Positions 13,429 to 27,169 of a stretch of DNA of 64,000 bases are shown piece after piece. Each line of letters opens with the position of its first letter. The stretch's first letter is position 1. The notes under the pieces are model-generated. The model did not search any database. It saw nothing but the letters and a program-made list of their open reading frames with translations, and was not told the DNA's origin. Where the stretch lies: the NCBI RefSeq assembly GCF_006345805.1, contig NC_043019.1:23001360-23065359 (forward strand), written 5' to 3'. The position numbers were made by a program, and so were the translations under genes. Source of the DNA: Octopus sinensis. Its lineage: Eukaryota.

Positions 13429-13435
<7 letters not shown>
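13268..13435 (+). mobile_element. SINE family A, 5' half
   Basis: ggcataggagtggctgtgtggtaagtagcttgcttaccaaccacatggttcc. Confidence 0.85.
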
Positions 13436-13459
<24 letters not shown>

Positions 13460-13659
13460 CTTATTCTAATAACTATCCTGTTAGAGCATCCTTCTCCTTT
13501 GCTAATTTGTTACCTTGGAGATGGAAGCTGTCTGCTATTTCTAAGGATCTCCAGCCCCTAGAAATTTAAGGAAAGTCTATTTTCTGTACATTCTCAGTGT
13601 CTAACCTTCCTGTGATGTCATTGCACCTCTTATTTGTCCACAACTTGCACTTGGTACAC

Positions 13660-13910
13660 CGTATGGAGTTGGTTTTAATTCCCAATCAAGCATTACATTG
13701 TATTCTTGAGCAAAACATTTCATTTTACATTGCCCCAGTCCACTCAGCTATAAAGGAGTTCCAGCAGTAGTTGGGAAGTTAACTCTGCAATGGACTAGCA
13801 GCCTGTTCCAGGGCAGGAGGAATGTTGTAAACTCAGTCACTTATACATCATGGAAACCAAGTTAAGCTCTGGGCTTATAAGCCCTAGGGCTCATAACAGA
13901 CTCTAACTCT
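13660..13910 (+). mobile_element. Old SINE (family H core, tail similar to C type 2)
   Basis: ttcttgagcaaaacatttcattttacattgccccagtccactcagct is shared with 11930, 43500(-) and 50745; then ctgcaatggactagc...gggcttataagcc. Confidence 0.6.
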
Positions 13911-13937
13911 TTCTTCTCTCTTTCTTCTTGCCATTTA

Positions 13938-15435
13938 TGAGGCTGATCTGAAAAGTTCATTGACTGACTGTGAAGGAGTGACACTAGAGCTGGGAAATTT
14001 TGTATGCATTCATTTCAGCTCTCCTTACTCGTAAATGCATTGTTTCTGTCCAGGTAAACTGACTGTTCAAAGAAGACTGCAAAAGTAACTAGTTGTGACT
14101 TCTCTTGAAAATGGACAAAATTTGATATTGTTGTGTTATCAAGTACCTGTAGAAAATAGGGTTTAGCCCCCAAGAACATTCGTATTGACATGGTTGCTAC
14201 ATTAGGGGATCACTTTCCAGCTATATTAACAATGCAAAAGTAGGCAGCTGAATTTAAGAAGGAAGAGAGAACCTTGAGAATTACCCAAGATCCTGAAACT
14301 GTTATCATCAAGAAAACCATCTATTATGTTCCCCACAGGGTGATGGATAACAGGCAATTGACTATAAATCAAATAACTAATGCGAGTAGCATATCCTGTG
14401 AGGGAATTGAGAATATTCTGGGCAATGAACTTGGCATGACAAAGATTTTTGCTTGGTGGGTATCATGTCTTCTGACACCTGATCAAAAGTGTACCAGACT
14501 GATTACATCATAAGAAAATCTGACATTGTTTGAGGCAGATCCAGCTGGTTTCCTTGAACATTTCCTGGGCCAGGATGGGTGTTTGGTTCATCATTTTGAA
14601 CCAGAGACAAAGAGACAATCCATGCAATGGAAACATCCCTCCTCACCTGCTCCAAAGAAGGCCCAGGTCGTTTCAGTTGCAGCGAAGGTGATGGTCTCAG
14701 ACTTTTTGGGTGGAAGGGACATTGTGTTTATCGACTTTCTTCAAAAGGGTCACACCATCAAGGCAGAGTACTATACCAACTTGCTGAGGTAGTTACGAAA
14801 GGCTGTCAAGATCAAATGCTCAAGTAAGCTGACAAGAGGGGTCTTGTTTCATCAGGACTATTCTCCAGGACACAAGTCCTTGGTTTCAATGGCTGCTGTG
14901 CATGTCTGTGTCTTTGAACTGGTTGGTCACCCTCCTTACTCTCCTGATTTGACCCCATCTGACCATCTTCTGTTCCCCAAAGCATGAAAAAACACTTGAC
15001 TGGGAACTAGTATCACAGTACCATTGATGTCGTATCTGCTGTTGATGGCTTTTTTAGACTAATAGGATGAACACTTCTTCACCAAAGGAAGAAATACATG
15101 AACTGCAAGGGGGTCTATGTTGAAAAATAAACCTCTATTTCTTTACTACCCACAAGGGGCTAAACATAGAGGGGATAAACAAGGACAGACAAAGGGGTTA
15201 AGTCGATTACATCAACCCCAGTGCGTAACTGGTACTTATTTAATCGACCCCCGAAAGGATGAAAGGCAAAGTCGACATCGGCGGAATTTGAACTCGGGAC
15301 AATGGCAGACAAAATACCGCTAAGCATTTCGCCCGGCATGCTAACGGTCCAGCCAGCTTGCCGCCTTTATAAATAAACCTCATTTGGTCTCATTCCATGA
15401 GAATACCCTGGACAGCCAATGGACCTTTCTGCTTT
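13938..15435 (+). mobile_element. Decayed mariner, irritans(Himar1)-like
   Basis: MDKI..VIKYL start at 14111, WVSCLLT, DGCLVHHFEPETKRQSMQWKH..KVM, HPPYSPDLTPSDH; left end tgaggctgatctgaaaagttc, right TIR eroded. Confidence 0.88.
15136..15370 (-). mobile_element. SINE family B inserted in the mariner 3' end
   Basis: TSD aaataaacctc at 15125-15135 and 15371-15381. Confidence 0.9.
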
Positions 15436-15996
15436 CACACTACCTCCAAATTTTTCATTTATCTCAATTTTCTTCTCTCACATCATATTATTGATTTTTC
15501 ATTCATTTTTCTATCTTTTAACTTTATTTTTTTCATTCTTCCTTTCTTTATTTCTCCTCTCTCCCCCTTCCTTTTACTCTCATATTCCCTCTCTCTCTCC
15601 CTCTCTCTTACTCTCCTTCCCTCTAGCTCACTCTCCCACCTCTCCTCCTTTCTTCCTTCCTTCCTTCCCTCCTATCCTCTGCCTAGTCCCCTATCATTTA
15701 CATATGTTCCCAATAGATTTCCTCCCACTCCCCCCCACCACCACTCCTTCAATGAATTATTTATTTTTCTCCATTAAGAAAAGAAAAATAGTTTCCTTAA
15801 ATTCAAGTTTAATTTCCCTCCTCCTACCGCTACTCTAGCCAGACTCTTTCAACAGACAGTTCTGAGGTTAGGCCAGGGTCAGTGGGGGCTGACCGCACTG
15901 ATGATAGCTGTATTAAAATAAACGCTGTGTGTGTGTGTACATGCGTGTTTGCGTATGTGTGTGTCTGCGTGTGTGTGTGAAAATATGTGTCACTGC

Positions 15997-16048
<52 letters not shown>

Positions 16049-16223
16049 TTGTGTGTGGTTGGTGTGTTAAATGTATATATATATATATGTTTTTATACAT
16101 ATGTAGATGAATATAAATGTATGATTCTGTGTTTGTATTTGTATGTAAGTTTCTGAATGTATGTGAATGTGTGTGTGAATCTATGAATGCACACGTGTGA
16201 AAATTCAGCATGTATGTGACACT

Positions 16224-16257
<34 letters not shown>

Positions 16258-17124
16258 ATGTATGAATGTATGTGTGAATAAGTGAATATGTGTGTTTGTG
16301 TGAAGTGTGTCTACATGTTTGCGAGAGAGAAAAATGTGTGTGTTTGTGTGACATGCGTCTACTTGCATGATTGTGTATATGTATGTGAGCATTGTATGTA
16401 TTCATGACTGTATGTATATGTGTGTACATGAGAGCGAGAAAGAGCCTGTATGTGTGAGTGTGTATGATTGCGTATGTTTATTTTACATATGTATGTATGT
16501 ATGTATGCATGCAACTATGTATATATACATACAGCTAACTTTAGTGCACATGTTCTTAACACACACTCACAGTCTTCAGTGACAAGATGGTCATAGTAAG
16601 AAAGCTTTTGATTATAGGTCTCCTGGATCTGGACTGACCTAGGGCTAAACAACAACAGTAACTACTTGTTTTTTTTGGGTTTTTTTTTTCAGTTTTAGAA
16701 AGATGAAAACGAAGAAGAAATTTGAACCTGGGATGGCATATGAAGACAATAACCCGAGAATGCAATGTAATTTTTAATATCACCTATCCAAACTGAGATA
16801 TTGACTCAGTCGTTAAAATGTTTGGGTAGCGAGCTATATTATTACAACATTAAATATTGGTAAATGGAATTCAGTTAAAAGACCCAAAAGAACCCAATCA
16901 TGTCAGCAGCAGAGACATTAAAGCAACAGAATTTATAATGGGAGGTTTTCCGTGTCTTTGAAGTGGAACTATTTCCATTTTCATATGTGGAACTATGTAC
17001 AAATAGTGTCATAATGGGTTCTCTTTTAATTAAGTTACACTGAAATGCTTCCGGTCGTTCCAAAATTCCCCATCAAGGTTTCTGATATTGGTAGATTTTG
17101 AGTGCAGAACATTTTATGTATATA

Positions 17125-18401
17125 CAGGGCGCGGTGAATAAACTATCGTCTAAATTATACAAAAACAAAAATAACACTGACATTTCATTTTAACAGATAT
17201 ATTTATCAAAATTGCATAAAAATATCTTGAAATACTAAAGAGTAAATTTATTCAGTCAAACCACTATTGGCTTCAATCACAGCCTCCAGATGACTTCGGT
17301 TTCTCCTGCAACTCTTCTGGGCAGTCTCTTGTTAAAGTTGGTGAATGCTGCCAAAATTCTTGCCTTCAGTTCATCTTTGGTGTTACAAGATATGTTGGTT
17401 TTTCGCTCAACTGTGCCCCAAGCATTATAATCAAGGAAATTGCAGTCTGGGGAGTTAGTTGGCTAGATGTTAAGGGTGATGTGGATTGCAGAAATTGTCT
17501 GACAGCCATGACTGGGTTCTGTGGCACGGTGCAGAGTCCTGTTGCCAGACATAAGATCTGCCAGTAGCCACCCCATTGACCCAGGGCAGCACTACCTCGT
17601 CCAGGCACTTCATGTAGGCCTCTGTGTTGAGTCTGAGAAGATGAATGGAGGCATAACATTGCCATCACTAGTGATCACTCCAAACACCATGATGTTGACT
17701 GGATGTTTGATTTTTATCACTCTCAGTACATGTTTTTGGGACATGGGAAGCCAATGGTTATTCTGTGTGTTCACCATCTGATGCTGGCAGAAATTTTTCT
17801 CGTCTGAGAAAAACCAAAGCATGTTCAGTTGGAGGGAATGCTTGAGTTTATTCAAAAGCTTTGTCACACAGTCTTTCCTCTTGTCCTTGATGGCTTGAGA
17901 TAAAAATTGGCCCTTCCTCATTTTGTATGAGGAATACCAAATGTCTTCATGTACTACCTGTCTGATAAGAAACTCAGACACCCCCATGTCCCTGGACCTG
18001 ATTGACTTGGAGGAGGCGTTGTCAATCATGGCCTGGATCTCACCAACAAATTCAGGAGTTCTTTACTTATCAGAACAATCAGAGTGAGCTTTCTGAGCTG
18101 CTGTACCTTTGTAATCACCGTTAAACTCATCCAACTCTTTCTGAATCTTCTGTACTATCCTCAGATTCACACCTAAACACTCTGAAATGTTCGTATTGGA
18201 GCTTCCGGTGCAAATGCCAAGCAGAACAGCATGTCATTTCCAAATTTCTGGTAGAGTGAATCGCATCATGGTGCTGTTTTTCTCACAAATCAGTGCTCAA
18301 CTGACCCTACTATACTGTGTAGTCAACAAAATCAAAGGGAAACAATACACATGCACGAAATCAAAAATATAAAATGGTGACAATTTACCCATCGCACCTT
18401 A
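17125..18401 (-). mobile_element. Decayed full-length maT/DD37D-type Tc1/mariner transposon
   Basis: TIRs cagggcgcggtgaataaactatcgtc and ggtgacaatttacccatcgcacctt; ORF with WFFSDEKNF...KHPVNIMVFGVITSDG, and downstream NSPDCN(F)LDY. Confidence 0.88.
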
Positions 18402-18800
18402 TGTGTGTGTGTATGTGTGTATCTGTGTATGTATCTCCAAGTAATCTTTTAGGCTCACTTCATAGCTCCATGGATTGAAACTGAAAGATTGTTTCAAGAT
18501 GATACACAGCATGCTATATAAATCTGCCAATTTAATGTATCTTAAAAGCATGAAACTATCAGAAGTTCTTTTATAATTGTGTATATTATATGATATTTAT
18601 CTCTCACTGGACGGAGTACATTTTTTGTTGATCCTTTAAAGGAACTGTAAACTTCGTGTGTGCGTGTGTGTGTGTGTGTGTGCACACATGCATGTGTGTG
18701 CACACATGCATGTGTGTGTTTATATGTAGATGAATGTAGTTGTAATAACAAAGGCAAACCAAATAGTATTCTTTTGGAATTATTTCAAGTTTGCATAATG

Positions 18801-19101
18801 TTTGTTCCTTTTCAAGCCATGCCTGGCTCATAAGGGCCAGTTTCCCTGTTTCCTTGGTGTATAGGTTCCCCACCTGGACGGGATGCCGGTCCGTCGCAGG
18901 TGAGCTGCATGATGCAGGAGGAAAGAGTGAGAGAAAGTTGTGGCAAAAGAGTCAGCAGAAGTTCGCCATTACCTTCTGCCGGAGCAGCGTGAAGCTTAGG
19001 TGTTTCGCTCATAAACATACACATCGCCTGGTCTGAGATTCGAACCCGCGATCCCTCGACCGCGAGTCCACTGCTCTAACCACTAGGCCATGTGCCTCCA
19101 C
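18801..19101 (-). mobile_element. SINE family C (tail type 2)
   Basis: TSD gtttgcataatg at 18789-18800 and 19106-19117; head gtggaggcacatggcctagtggttagagcagtggactcgcgg...ggttcgaatc. Confidence 0.9.
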
Positions 19102-19662
19102 CAAGGTTTGCATAATGCATAAAAGGAAATGCATCCAGATGCACACATACACGCAACAGGAGTTTTCCTTGTTTCCATTCTCCTAATTTCACTCACAAGC
19201 CATTGGTCAGCCCAAGGCTAAAGAAGACACTTGGCCAAGATGTCACAGTAGAACTGAACTCAAGGGCTCATACGAATAGTTGCGAATCATACTTGTTAAC
19301 CACACAGGGCCCTGCCTGTGTATATTAATTTTATTGGAAGATTAGCATCACTGACTCATAACCATGTTTGAGATAAGGGGTTTAGTACACAGAAGGTCAC
19401 TGGATGCTTTGATGAAGGGGTACCATGTACTAAAGACAATGGAGATTTGTTTGAGGGTAGTTATATAATTTTCTCCATGGCTCTAAGTATTACTAGGTCA
19501 TGTGGTTTGGCTTACAAAGGGTCCTCTTTGTTTAGATTAATTATTTGGGGGTTAGCAGTTAAAGGCTGTACTCCCTTCCCTAATATTCTCTCTCTCTTTC
19601 TCTCTCTCTCTCTCACTTAATCTTACCACTAAATTCACCCATCTTTCTCTTGTTCTCCTTCT

Positions 19663-19831
19663 CAGGAGTGGTTGTGTGGTAAGTAGCTTGCTTACAACCA
19701 CATGGTTCCGGGTTCAGTCCCACTGCATGGCACCTTCAGCAAGTGTCTTCTACTACAGCCTCAGGCCGACCAAAGCCTTGTGAGTGGATTTGGTAGACGG
19801 AAACTGAAAGAAGCCCGTCATATATATGCAC

Positions 19832-19873
<42 letters not shown>

Positions 19874-20180
19874 TGCCAGAGCAGCTATCTGGCCTCCGTG
19901 CTAGTGGCACATAAAAGGTACCATTTGAGCGTGATTGTGCCTTACTGGCACCTGTGCCAGTGGCACGTGCAAAAGATCCGAGCGAGGATCGTTGCCAGTA
20001 CCGCCTGACTGGCACGTAAAAGCACCCACTACACTCTCGGAGTGGTTGGCGTTAGGAAGGGCATCCAGCTGTAGAAACTCTGCCAGATCAAGATTGAAGC
20101 CTGGTGCAGCCATCTGGTTCACCAGCCCACAGTCAAACCATCCAACCCATGCTAGCATGGAAAGCAGACGATGATGATGA

Positions 20181-20182
<2 letters not shown>
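19663..20182 (+). mobile_element. SINE A 5' half followed by an RTE 3' end (family D)
   Basis: A head 19663-19822, microsatellite, then D repeat units and tail to (gat)n. Confidence 0.8.
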
Positions 20183-20219
<37 letters not shown>

Positions 20220-20642
20220 TATGTACACTATGTTTTCTTTTATTATGTGATATGTGATTTTGAAATGTTTTTTTTTTCTTAATTTCAGATACAGGAAATA
20301 TAGAAATGTGTTGAAGTAAAGATAAAACATCAAAGGAGAAGAAAGAAATAGTGAAACTACTGGAAGAAAGGGATGCAGCAATTGTAATTTTTAAAAAGCT
20401 AAATAGAGATCACAGAATAATAAAAAAAAAAAAAACAGGTACAAAATATTGAGAGAGTAAGAATAAGGAAGAAAACGGGTTTCTAGAGCATCACAAAAAC
20501 TCAAAAAGAATTATGTGCAAGGAAAGTGGGTTAACCAGCAAACAAATTTTTGAAGAAGCAGGAATCTCTAACATAGAAAGGTAAAAACACTGCACAATAC
20601 TGAAAGAAAAAGTCATAAATTTCACAAAATTGCCTCCTTTAA

Positions 20643-20863
20643 CCCTTTAACATTTAAACCGGCCATATCTGGCCCAAAGTATTCTGCCAGTTTTATGTTC
20701 AAACTGGCCAGATCTGGTCTCTCAGACCAACCCTACAATATTGTTTTAAAAATTAACAGCCACCTCATCATAATCTCATAGCTACAAGAGAATGCATCAT
20801 TAGTTCAAAACAATGTGGATAAAAAAGGATTAATTTTGGCAGAATAATGCTAACACTAAAGGG
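20643..20863. mobile_element. piggyBac-type MITE with TTAA TSD
   Basis: TTAA-ccctttaacatt ... aacactaaaggg-TTAA. Confidence 0.85.
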
Positions 20864-20967
20864 TTAAATAAAGTACTCAAAAAAAAAAAAGAGCGATGTG
20901 GGCAAAAAGATATATGAAGACAGACTTTACAAATGTAATTTTGACTGATGAGTGCAGAGTAACATTA

Positions 20968-21363
20968 AGAGGTGCAATGGTCCAGTGATTAGGACAGCGG
21001 ACTCACGGTTGGAGGTTCGCAGTTTCGATTCCCAGACTGGGCGTTGTGTGTGTTTATTGAGCGAAATCACCTAAAGCTCTACAAGGCTCCAGCAGGGGGT
21101 GGTGGCGACCCTTGTTGTACTCTTTCGCCCCAACTTTCTCTCACTTCTCTCTTCCTGTTTCTTGTCCCCGACTTCCTATGCAACCGCTGAGCCTGGATGC
21201 GCATTCATCCATCCGTCGATGCTCTCGGTGTCGGGGGTTGACCTGCTTTCTCTTCTGCGGGTCTTATGAATAGCAAAGGACCACATTTCGGACTTCTCCC
21301 ACTACAGAGGCGCGATCTTGTGAGCTCTGGAACAAAGACCGCTGCGCTCAACAGCAACAGCAA
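20968..21363 (+). mobile_element. SINE family C (tail type 3, (caacag)n end)
   Basis: Imperfect TSD cagagtaacatta / cagagcagcatta; removing it restores TDECRVTLDGPD. Confidence 0.88.
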
Positions 21364-21621
21364 CAGAGCAGCATTAGATGGACCTGATAGATGGGCAAGA
21401 GGTTAGGTGTTACAAGGAAAATGTCAACCAACATGATTAAGAAGACAACAGGGTGGTGGAAGAATCTTGTTTTGGGCTGGTGTAACTGGAGGAGACATAA
21501 TAGGTCTATTTAAGGTTGCTGGAGTCAAAATAAACACTGAAAATTATTTGTGTACTTTATTTAAAGGAGGCAATTTTGTGAAATTTATGACTTTGCCTAT
21601 TTCTTTCAGTATTGTGCAATA

Positions 21622-21852
21622 ACCGATCGTGGCCGATGCCGGACCCCCCTGGCACCTGTGCAGGTGGCACGTAAAAAGCACACACTACACTCGCGGAGTG
21701 GTTAGCATTAGGAAGAGCATCCAGCTGTAGAAACTCTGCCAGATCAGACTGGAGCCTGGTGCAGCCCCTGGCTTCCCAGACCCCGGTCAAACCGTCCAAC
21801 CCGTGCTAGCACGGAAAACGGACGTTAAACGATGATGATGATGATGATGATG
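21622..21852 (+). mobile_element. RTE LINE 3' end (family D)
   Basis: One repeat unit plus the conserved tail and (gat)n. Confidence 0.85.
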
Positions 21853-22302
21853 TTAGAGATTCCTGCTTCTTCAAAGAAGTTTCTAGATGACAACTTCTTC
21901 CAATGATACAAATCAACATTGCAAAGTTTCAAGTTATGCATGGTAATGCCCCTTCACACACTACCAAACTCACTATTAACCATTTAGCTAAAAAAAAGAT
22001 TTCAAAGAACATAAGATAATGGAATGGCTTCCACCAATCTCCAGATCTAAACCCAATAGAGAATTTGGGGTCAATTATTTAAAAATATGTATATGCTAAT
22101 GGTAAACAATATCCAAACAAGGATTTACTATGGAAGAAAAAAAAAACTGCTGCAAGTAATATTAAAAGTGAGATTGTTGAGAAATTGATAAAATCATTTG
22201 ATGAGAGAATATTTAATGTTATATATGGTAAAAGAGGCTATATAAAGATGTGAAATATATACATAATTGTAGTAAATATAATTATATGATGGATGATATA
22301 GA

Positions 22303-22520
22303 TTTCTTTACTACCCACAAGGGGCTAAACACAGAGAGGACAAACAAAGGGATTGAGTCGATTACATCGACCCCAGTGCATAACTGGTACTTAATTTATC
22401 AACCCTGAAAGGATGAAAGGCAAAGTCGACCTCGGCGGAATTTGAACTCGGAACGTAATGGCAGACGAAATACAGCTACGCATTTCACCCGGCATGCTAA
22501 CGTTTTTGCCAGCTTGCTGC
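22303..22520 (-). mobile_element. SINE family B
   Basis: tttctttactacccacaaggggctaaac...gccagcttgc. Confidence 0.88.
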
Positions 22521-22972
22521 TTTATAAAGTGGAAGATATATGTATATATTAATGGTCTGGCTATGTATAGTTCTATATGTAAATCACACTTCATGTAGTT
22601 TATATATTTGATAACTTGTATAATAAAAAGAAACAACCTATAAACAAGTTTGTCTTCATTTCTGCTTTAAATGTTCACCGATTTAGACGAAAGGTATACA
22701 AGACATAGGATACATAATCCTACATATTTTGTAAAAATTTCAAGAAAATTGGACAAGGAGTTTTGATTTTATTGAGGAATGATTGACCTGTGTAATAAAA
22801 GGAACAATAGTGTATATATACACAAGGCTTCTTTCAGTTTCCATCTACCAAATCCTCTCACAAGGCTTTGGTAAGCTGTTATTTCGGTGAACAGTCATTT
22901 AACTTCTGGGGCTAGAAATAGCACCCAAATCTCCCACAAGTTTTAAAACAGGAAGATTCATTGAACAATGTA

Positions 22973-23360
22973 GGCGCAGGAGTGGCTGTGTGGTAAGTAG
23001 CTTGCTAACCAACCACATGGTTGCGGGTTCAGTCCCACAGCGTGGCATCTTGGGCAAGTGTCTTCTGCTATAGCCCCAGACCGACCAATGCCTTATGAGT
23101 GGATTTGGTAGACGGAAACTGAAAGAAGCCTGTTGTATATGTATATATATATGTGTGTGTCTGTCCCCTTAGCATTGTTTGACAACCGATGCTGGTGTGT
23201 TTACGTCCCCGTCACTTAGCGGCTCGGCAAAAGAGACCGATAGAATAAGTACTGGGCTTACAAAAAAGAATAAGTCCCGGGGTCGATTTACTCGACTAAA
23301 GGCGGTGCTCCAGCATGGCCGCAGTCAAAATGACTGAAACAAGTAAAAGAGTAAAAGAGT
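22973..23360 (+). mobile_element. SINE family A, full length, young
   Basis: CpG-retaining copy, near-identical to 60149 in the head. Confidence 0.92.
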
Positions 23361-24011
23361 ATACAAAAAAAAAATAATAATAATAATTAGATGGTCACAT
23401 TACGGAATGTCTTTGAACGTAGATTTACTCGATCAGGGTCGACCAGGGGCTAAATAACAACAATAAGCAACAACAGCAACCACAGCAACAACACTTTATC
23501 TTTTCCATTCAGCTTTTGTCCCACATCCTTTCCTCTTTCTCTACACCCCCGCCCCCCCCCCAACTGCACTAGTCTTGTTGTCTCCATGACAATCAACCAG
23601 TGTATAAATACCACCATCCTATCTTCTGACCCTACACCACCCATCCCATCACCATTCCTTAGTGGCAGTGCCAAAGTATCAGTGGAGTGGGGGGTAGGGT
23701 GGGGTGTTCATTAAAGATGAAGAAGACAAAGCATCAATGTATCAAATCTCACTTTTTAATTATTTGAGTAAATTTTATATTTACCTTTTTTTTTTTTTTT
23801 TTTTTTTATTATTTTGGCCCTTTGAGAGTTCGGAGGAGAGTGGAAGAGTTGGGGGTTGGGGTCGGGGTCAGTGACGAGGGGTGGCATTTGTAGTTTATAA
23901 CTGTTGCAGACCACACGCAAACATGCACACACACACATACATATCATAAACCCATGTACACACACACAGATAATACGCATGCATTCATTTATATATAACT
24001 GTACAAGGTCC

Positions 24012-24152
<141 letters not shown>

Positions 24153-24214
24153 GTAGTCTGACAGAGGCTAGCAGGTGGGAACTTCAAAGTCACTGTCACT
24201 TCTCTTCTTGCAGA

Positions 24215-24565
24215 AGTTTAGCGTTGGGCCTCACAGAGGCAAAGTGGCTGAGTTCCTTTTGAGCGTTAGGCCTCACAGAGGCAATGACCAGACCTTTGGT
24301 CTTACTCGAGTAGAAGACCCATCAAGCCCAGCAAAAACACAGTCATGGCAGATTCCAGTGTCACACAAACTGGCACTCATGCCGGTGGCACATAAACGCG
24401 CCCCGGTTTCACGCAAATGGCACCTATGTCGGTGGCACGTGAAAGCACCCATAGAAAACCATGCCAAGTCAGACTGGATTCCGTTGCAGCCTTCCAGTAT
24501 GCCAGCTCAAATCGAACTGGCCAACCCATGCCAGCATGGACTAGGGATGTTAAATGATGCTGATG
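24215..24565 (+). mobile_element. RTE LINE ORF C-terminus remnant plus 3' UTR
   Basis: ALGLTEAM (duplicated at 24220 and 24263), then family D-like UTR and tail. Confidence 0.65.
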
Positions 24566-24689
24566 TACTCTATTAAATGTATTGAGTAACCCTTCAGTTT
24601 AAAGTTAAAGTTTTGTTGTATATATAACTTGACATAAAAATAAACATCAATATACATACATACACATATATACATACATATACACTTAT

Positions 24690-24886
24690 CAAAATGTGAC
24701 CTCGTGTGTACTGTTGGTGATTTTTTTTCCTCTGTCTTCCCTTCTCTGGATCTTTCCTTCTCCTATGTTTCCGACGAAGAGCTCCACTCGAAACGTTAAA
24801 CCCTCCTTCTTTCCTTCTTTCCTGAGCGTCCAATAATACGTCCTTGTGTTGTTGTGTTTTTTTGTGCTTTCTTGTTTGGATTAACT

Positions 24887-24890
<4 letters not shown>
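24690..24890 (+). mobile_element. Repeat family E, subfamily 2
   Basis: Pyrimidine-rich flank, hammerhead-like motif and cctgagcg..taatac shared with other E copies. Confidence 0.7.
24767..24801 (+). ncRNA. Putative minimal type-I hammerhead ribozyme
   Basis: GUUU-CCGACGA-A-GAG(cucca)CUC-GAAA-CGUU-AAAC: stem I guuu/aaac, stem II, palindromic stem III (AACGUU), core CUGANGA with U4C. Confidence 0.6.
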
Positions 24891-24944
<54 letters not shown>

Positions 24945-24976
24945 TATATATATATTATATATATAATATATATATA

Positions 24977-25130
24977 GGTGTAGGAGTGGCTGTGTGGTAA
25001 GTAGCTTGCTTACAAACCACATGGTTCTGGGTTCAGTCCCACTGCGTGGCACCATGAGCAAGTGTTTTCTACTATAGCCTCAGGCCAACCAAAGCCATGT
25101 GAGTGGATTTGGTAGACGGAAACTGACAGA
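24977..25130 (+). mobile_element. SINE family A, 5' half
   Basis: ggtgtaggagtggctgtgtggtaagtagc... Confidence 0.85.
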
Positions 25131-25157
25131 ATGCACCTTGTGTGTGTGTGTGTAATA

Positions 25158-25936
<779 letters not shown>

Positions 25937-26579
25937 TAGGCCAGTTTAATGGGAATGTCCTACGTAGTTAGCAAATGTCCCACACCTCCCATATGATATA
26001 AGACCAAGTTAAATATTAAATATTATTAGAAAAAACAAGCAAAACACAATAAAGAAAGCTAACTTCATTACATTGTTTCATTAGCAAAATTTTAATTATT
26101 GTAATTAATAAGAATTTTATGTCTACATTCATCATGATGTTGCATTGTTTCATTTAGCAACTAAATTAGGCTTATGATTGTATAAATATATCTAGTCGTA
26201 ATAATTAAGTTTAATTAAGAAAGTAAAACAACAAAATAATTTTTTTATACCAAGATAGAAATGAGATTAACCTTCCTCATCATCACTATAACTTTTTGTC
26301 ATCATCGTCATCGTCATCATCATCATCATCGTCGTCGTCATCATCATCATCATCTTCATCAATCAGCAGCAGCAGCAGTATCACTGTCTATGTCATTATC
26401 ATCATCACCATCATCATAATTATCATCATCATCAATTAACATCATAATTATTATCATCACCATCAATACCATCGTCAACCATGTTGCTCATCACCCTCAC
26501 CACCACCACCATCACCATTGTCATTGCCATCTTCACCACCACTGCCACAACCAACACCACTGCTGTGCACCCACTCCCC

Positions 26580-26797
26580 ACTGTCCGGCTTTATGTTCTG
26601 AGTTCAAATTCTGCCGAGGTTGACTTAGCCTTTCATCCCCTTCAATGGTGTATGTGTGTGTGTAGGAGGGAGGGGGCATTGATAAAATAAGTACCAGTTG
26701 AGTACTGGCGGTTGATGTAATCAACTTAGCCCCTCCCCTAAAACTGCTGGCCTTGTGCCAAAATTTGAAACTATTATCATCATTATTATTATTATTA

Positions 26798-26830
<33 letters not shown>

Positions 26831-26839
26831 CGTTAGTGT

Positions 26840-26881
<42 letters not shown>

Positions 26882-26960
26882 AGTTTGAGGTGGTTGATGT
26901 AATCGACTTGACCCTTCCCCTCAAAACTGTTGGCCTTGTGCCAAAAGTTGAAAAAAAGAA
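26580..26960 (+). mobile_element. SINE B variant with a tandemly repeated 3' end
   Basis: ggttgatgtaatc(a/g)actt...aaaactg(c/t)tggccttgtgccaaaa at 26710 and 26892, separated by (att)n(agt)n. Confidence 0.7.
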
Positions 26961-27118
26961 TTATTGTTGTTATTATCATTACTACTACTACTACTACTAC
27001 TACTACTAACTACTACTTCTACTACCTCCACTACGACCACTACTCCTATCACCATTACCACTGCTAGTATTACTACTGCTGCTGCTGCTGTTACTACTAC
27101 GACTACAATTACTACCTA

Positions 27119-27169
<51 letters not shown>

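Larger units (their letters stand above)
20226..22812 (+). mobile_element. Decayed Tc1-like (DD34E) transposon with five nested insertions
   Basis: TIRs cactatgttttcttttatta and taataaaaggaacaatagtg with TA flanks; WAKRYMKTDFTNVILTDECRVTL|DGPD, RRQQGGG..FWAG, HGNAPSH, SPDLNPIENL. Confidence 0.9.

Noticed and set aside
19025-19101. Possible genuine tRNA gene
   Set aside because: Continues into a SINE body with a TSD; no proper acceptor stem or terminator
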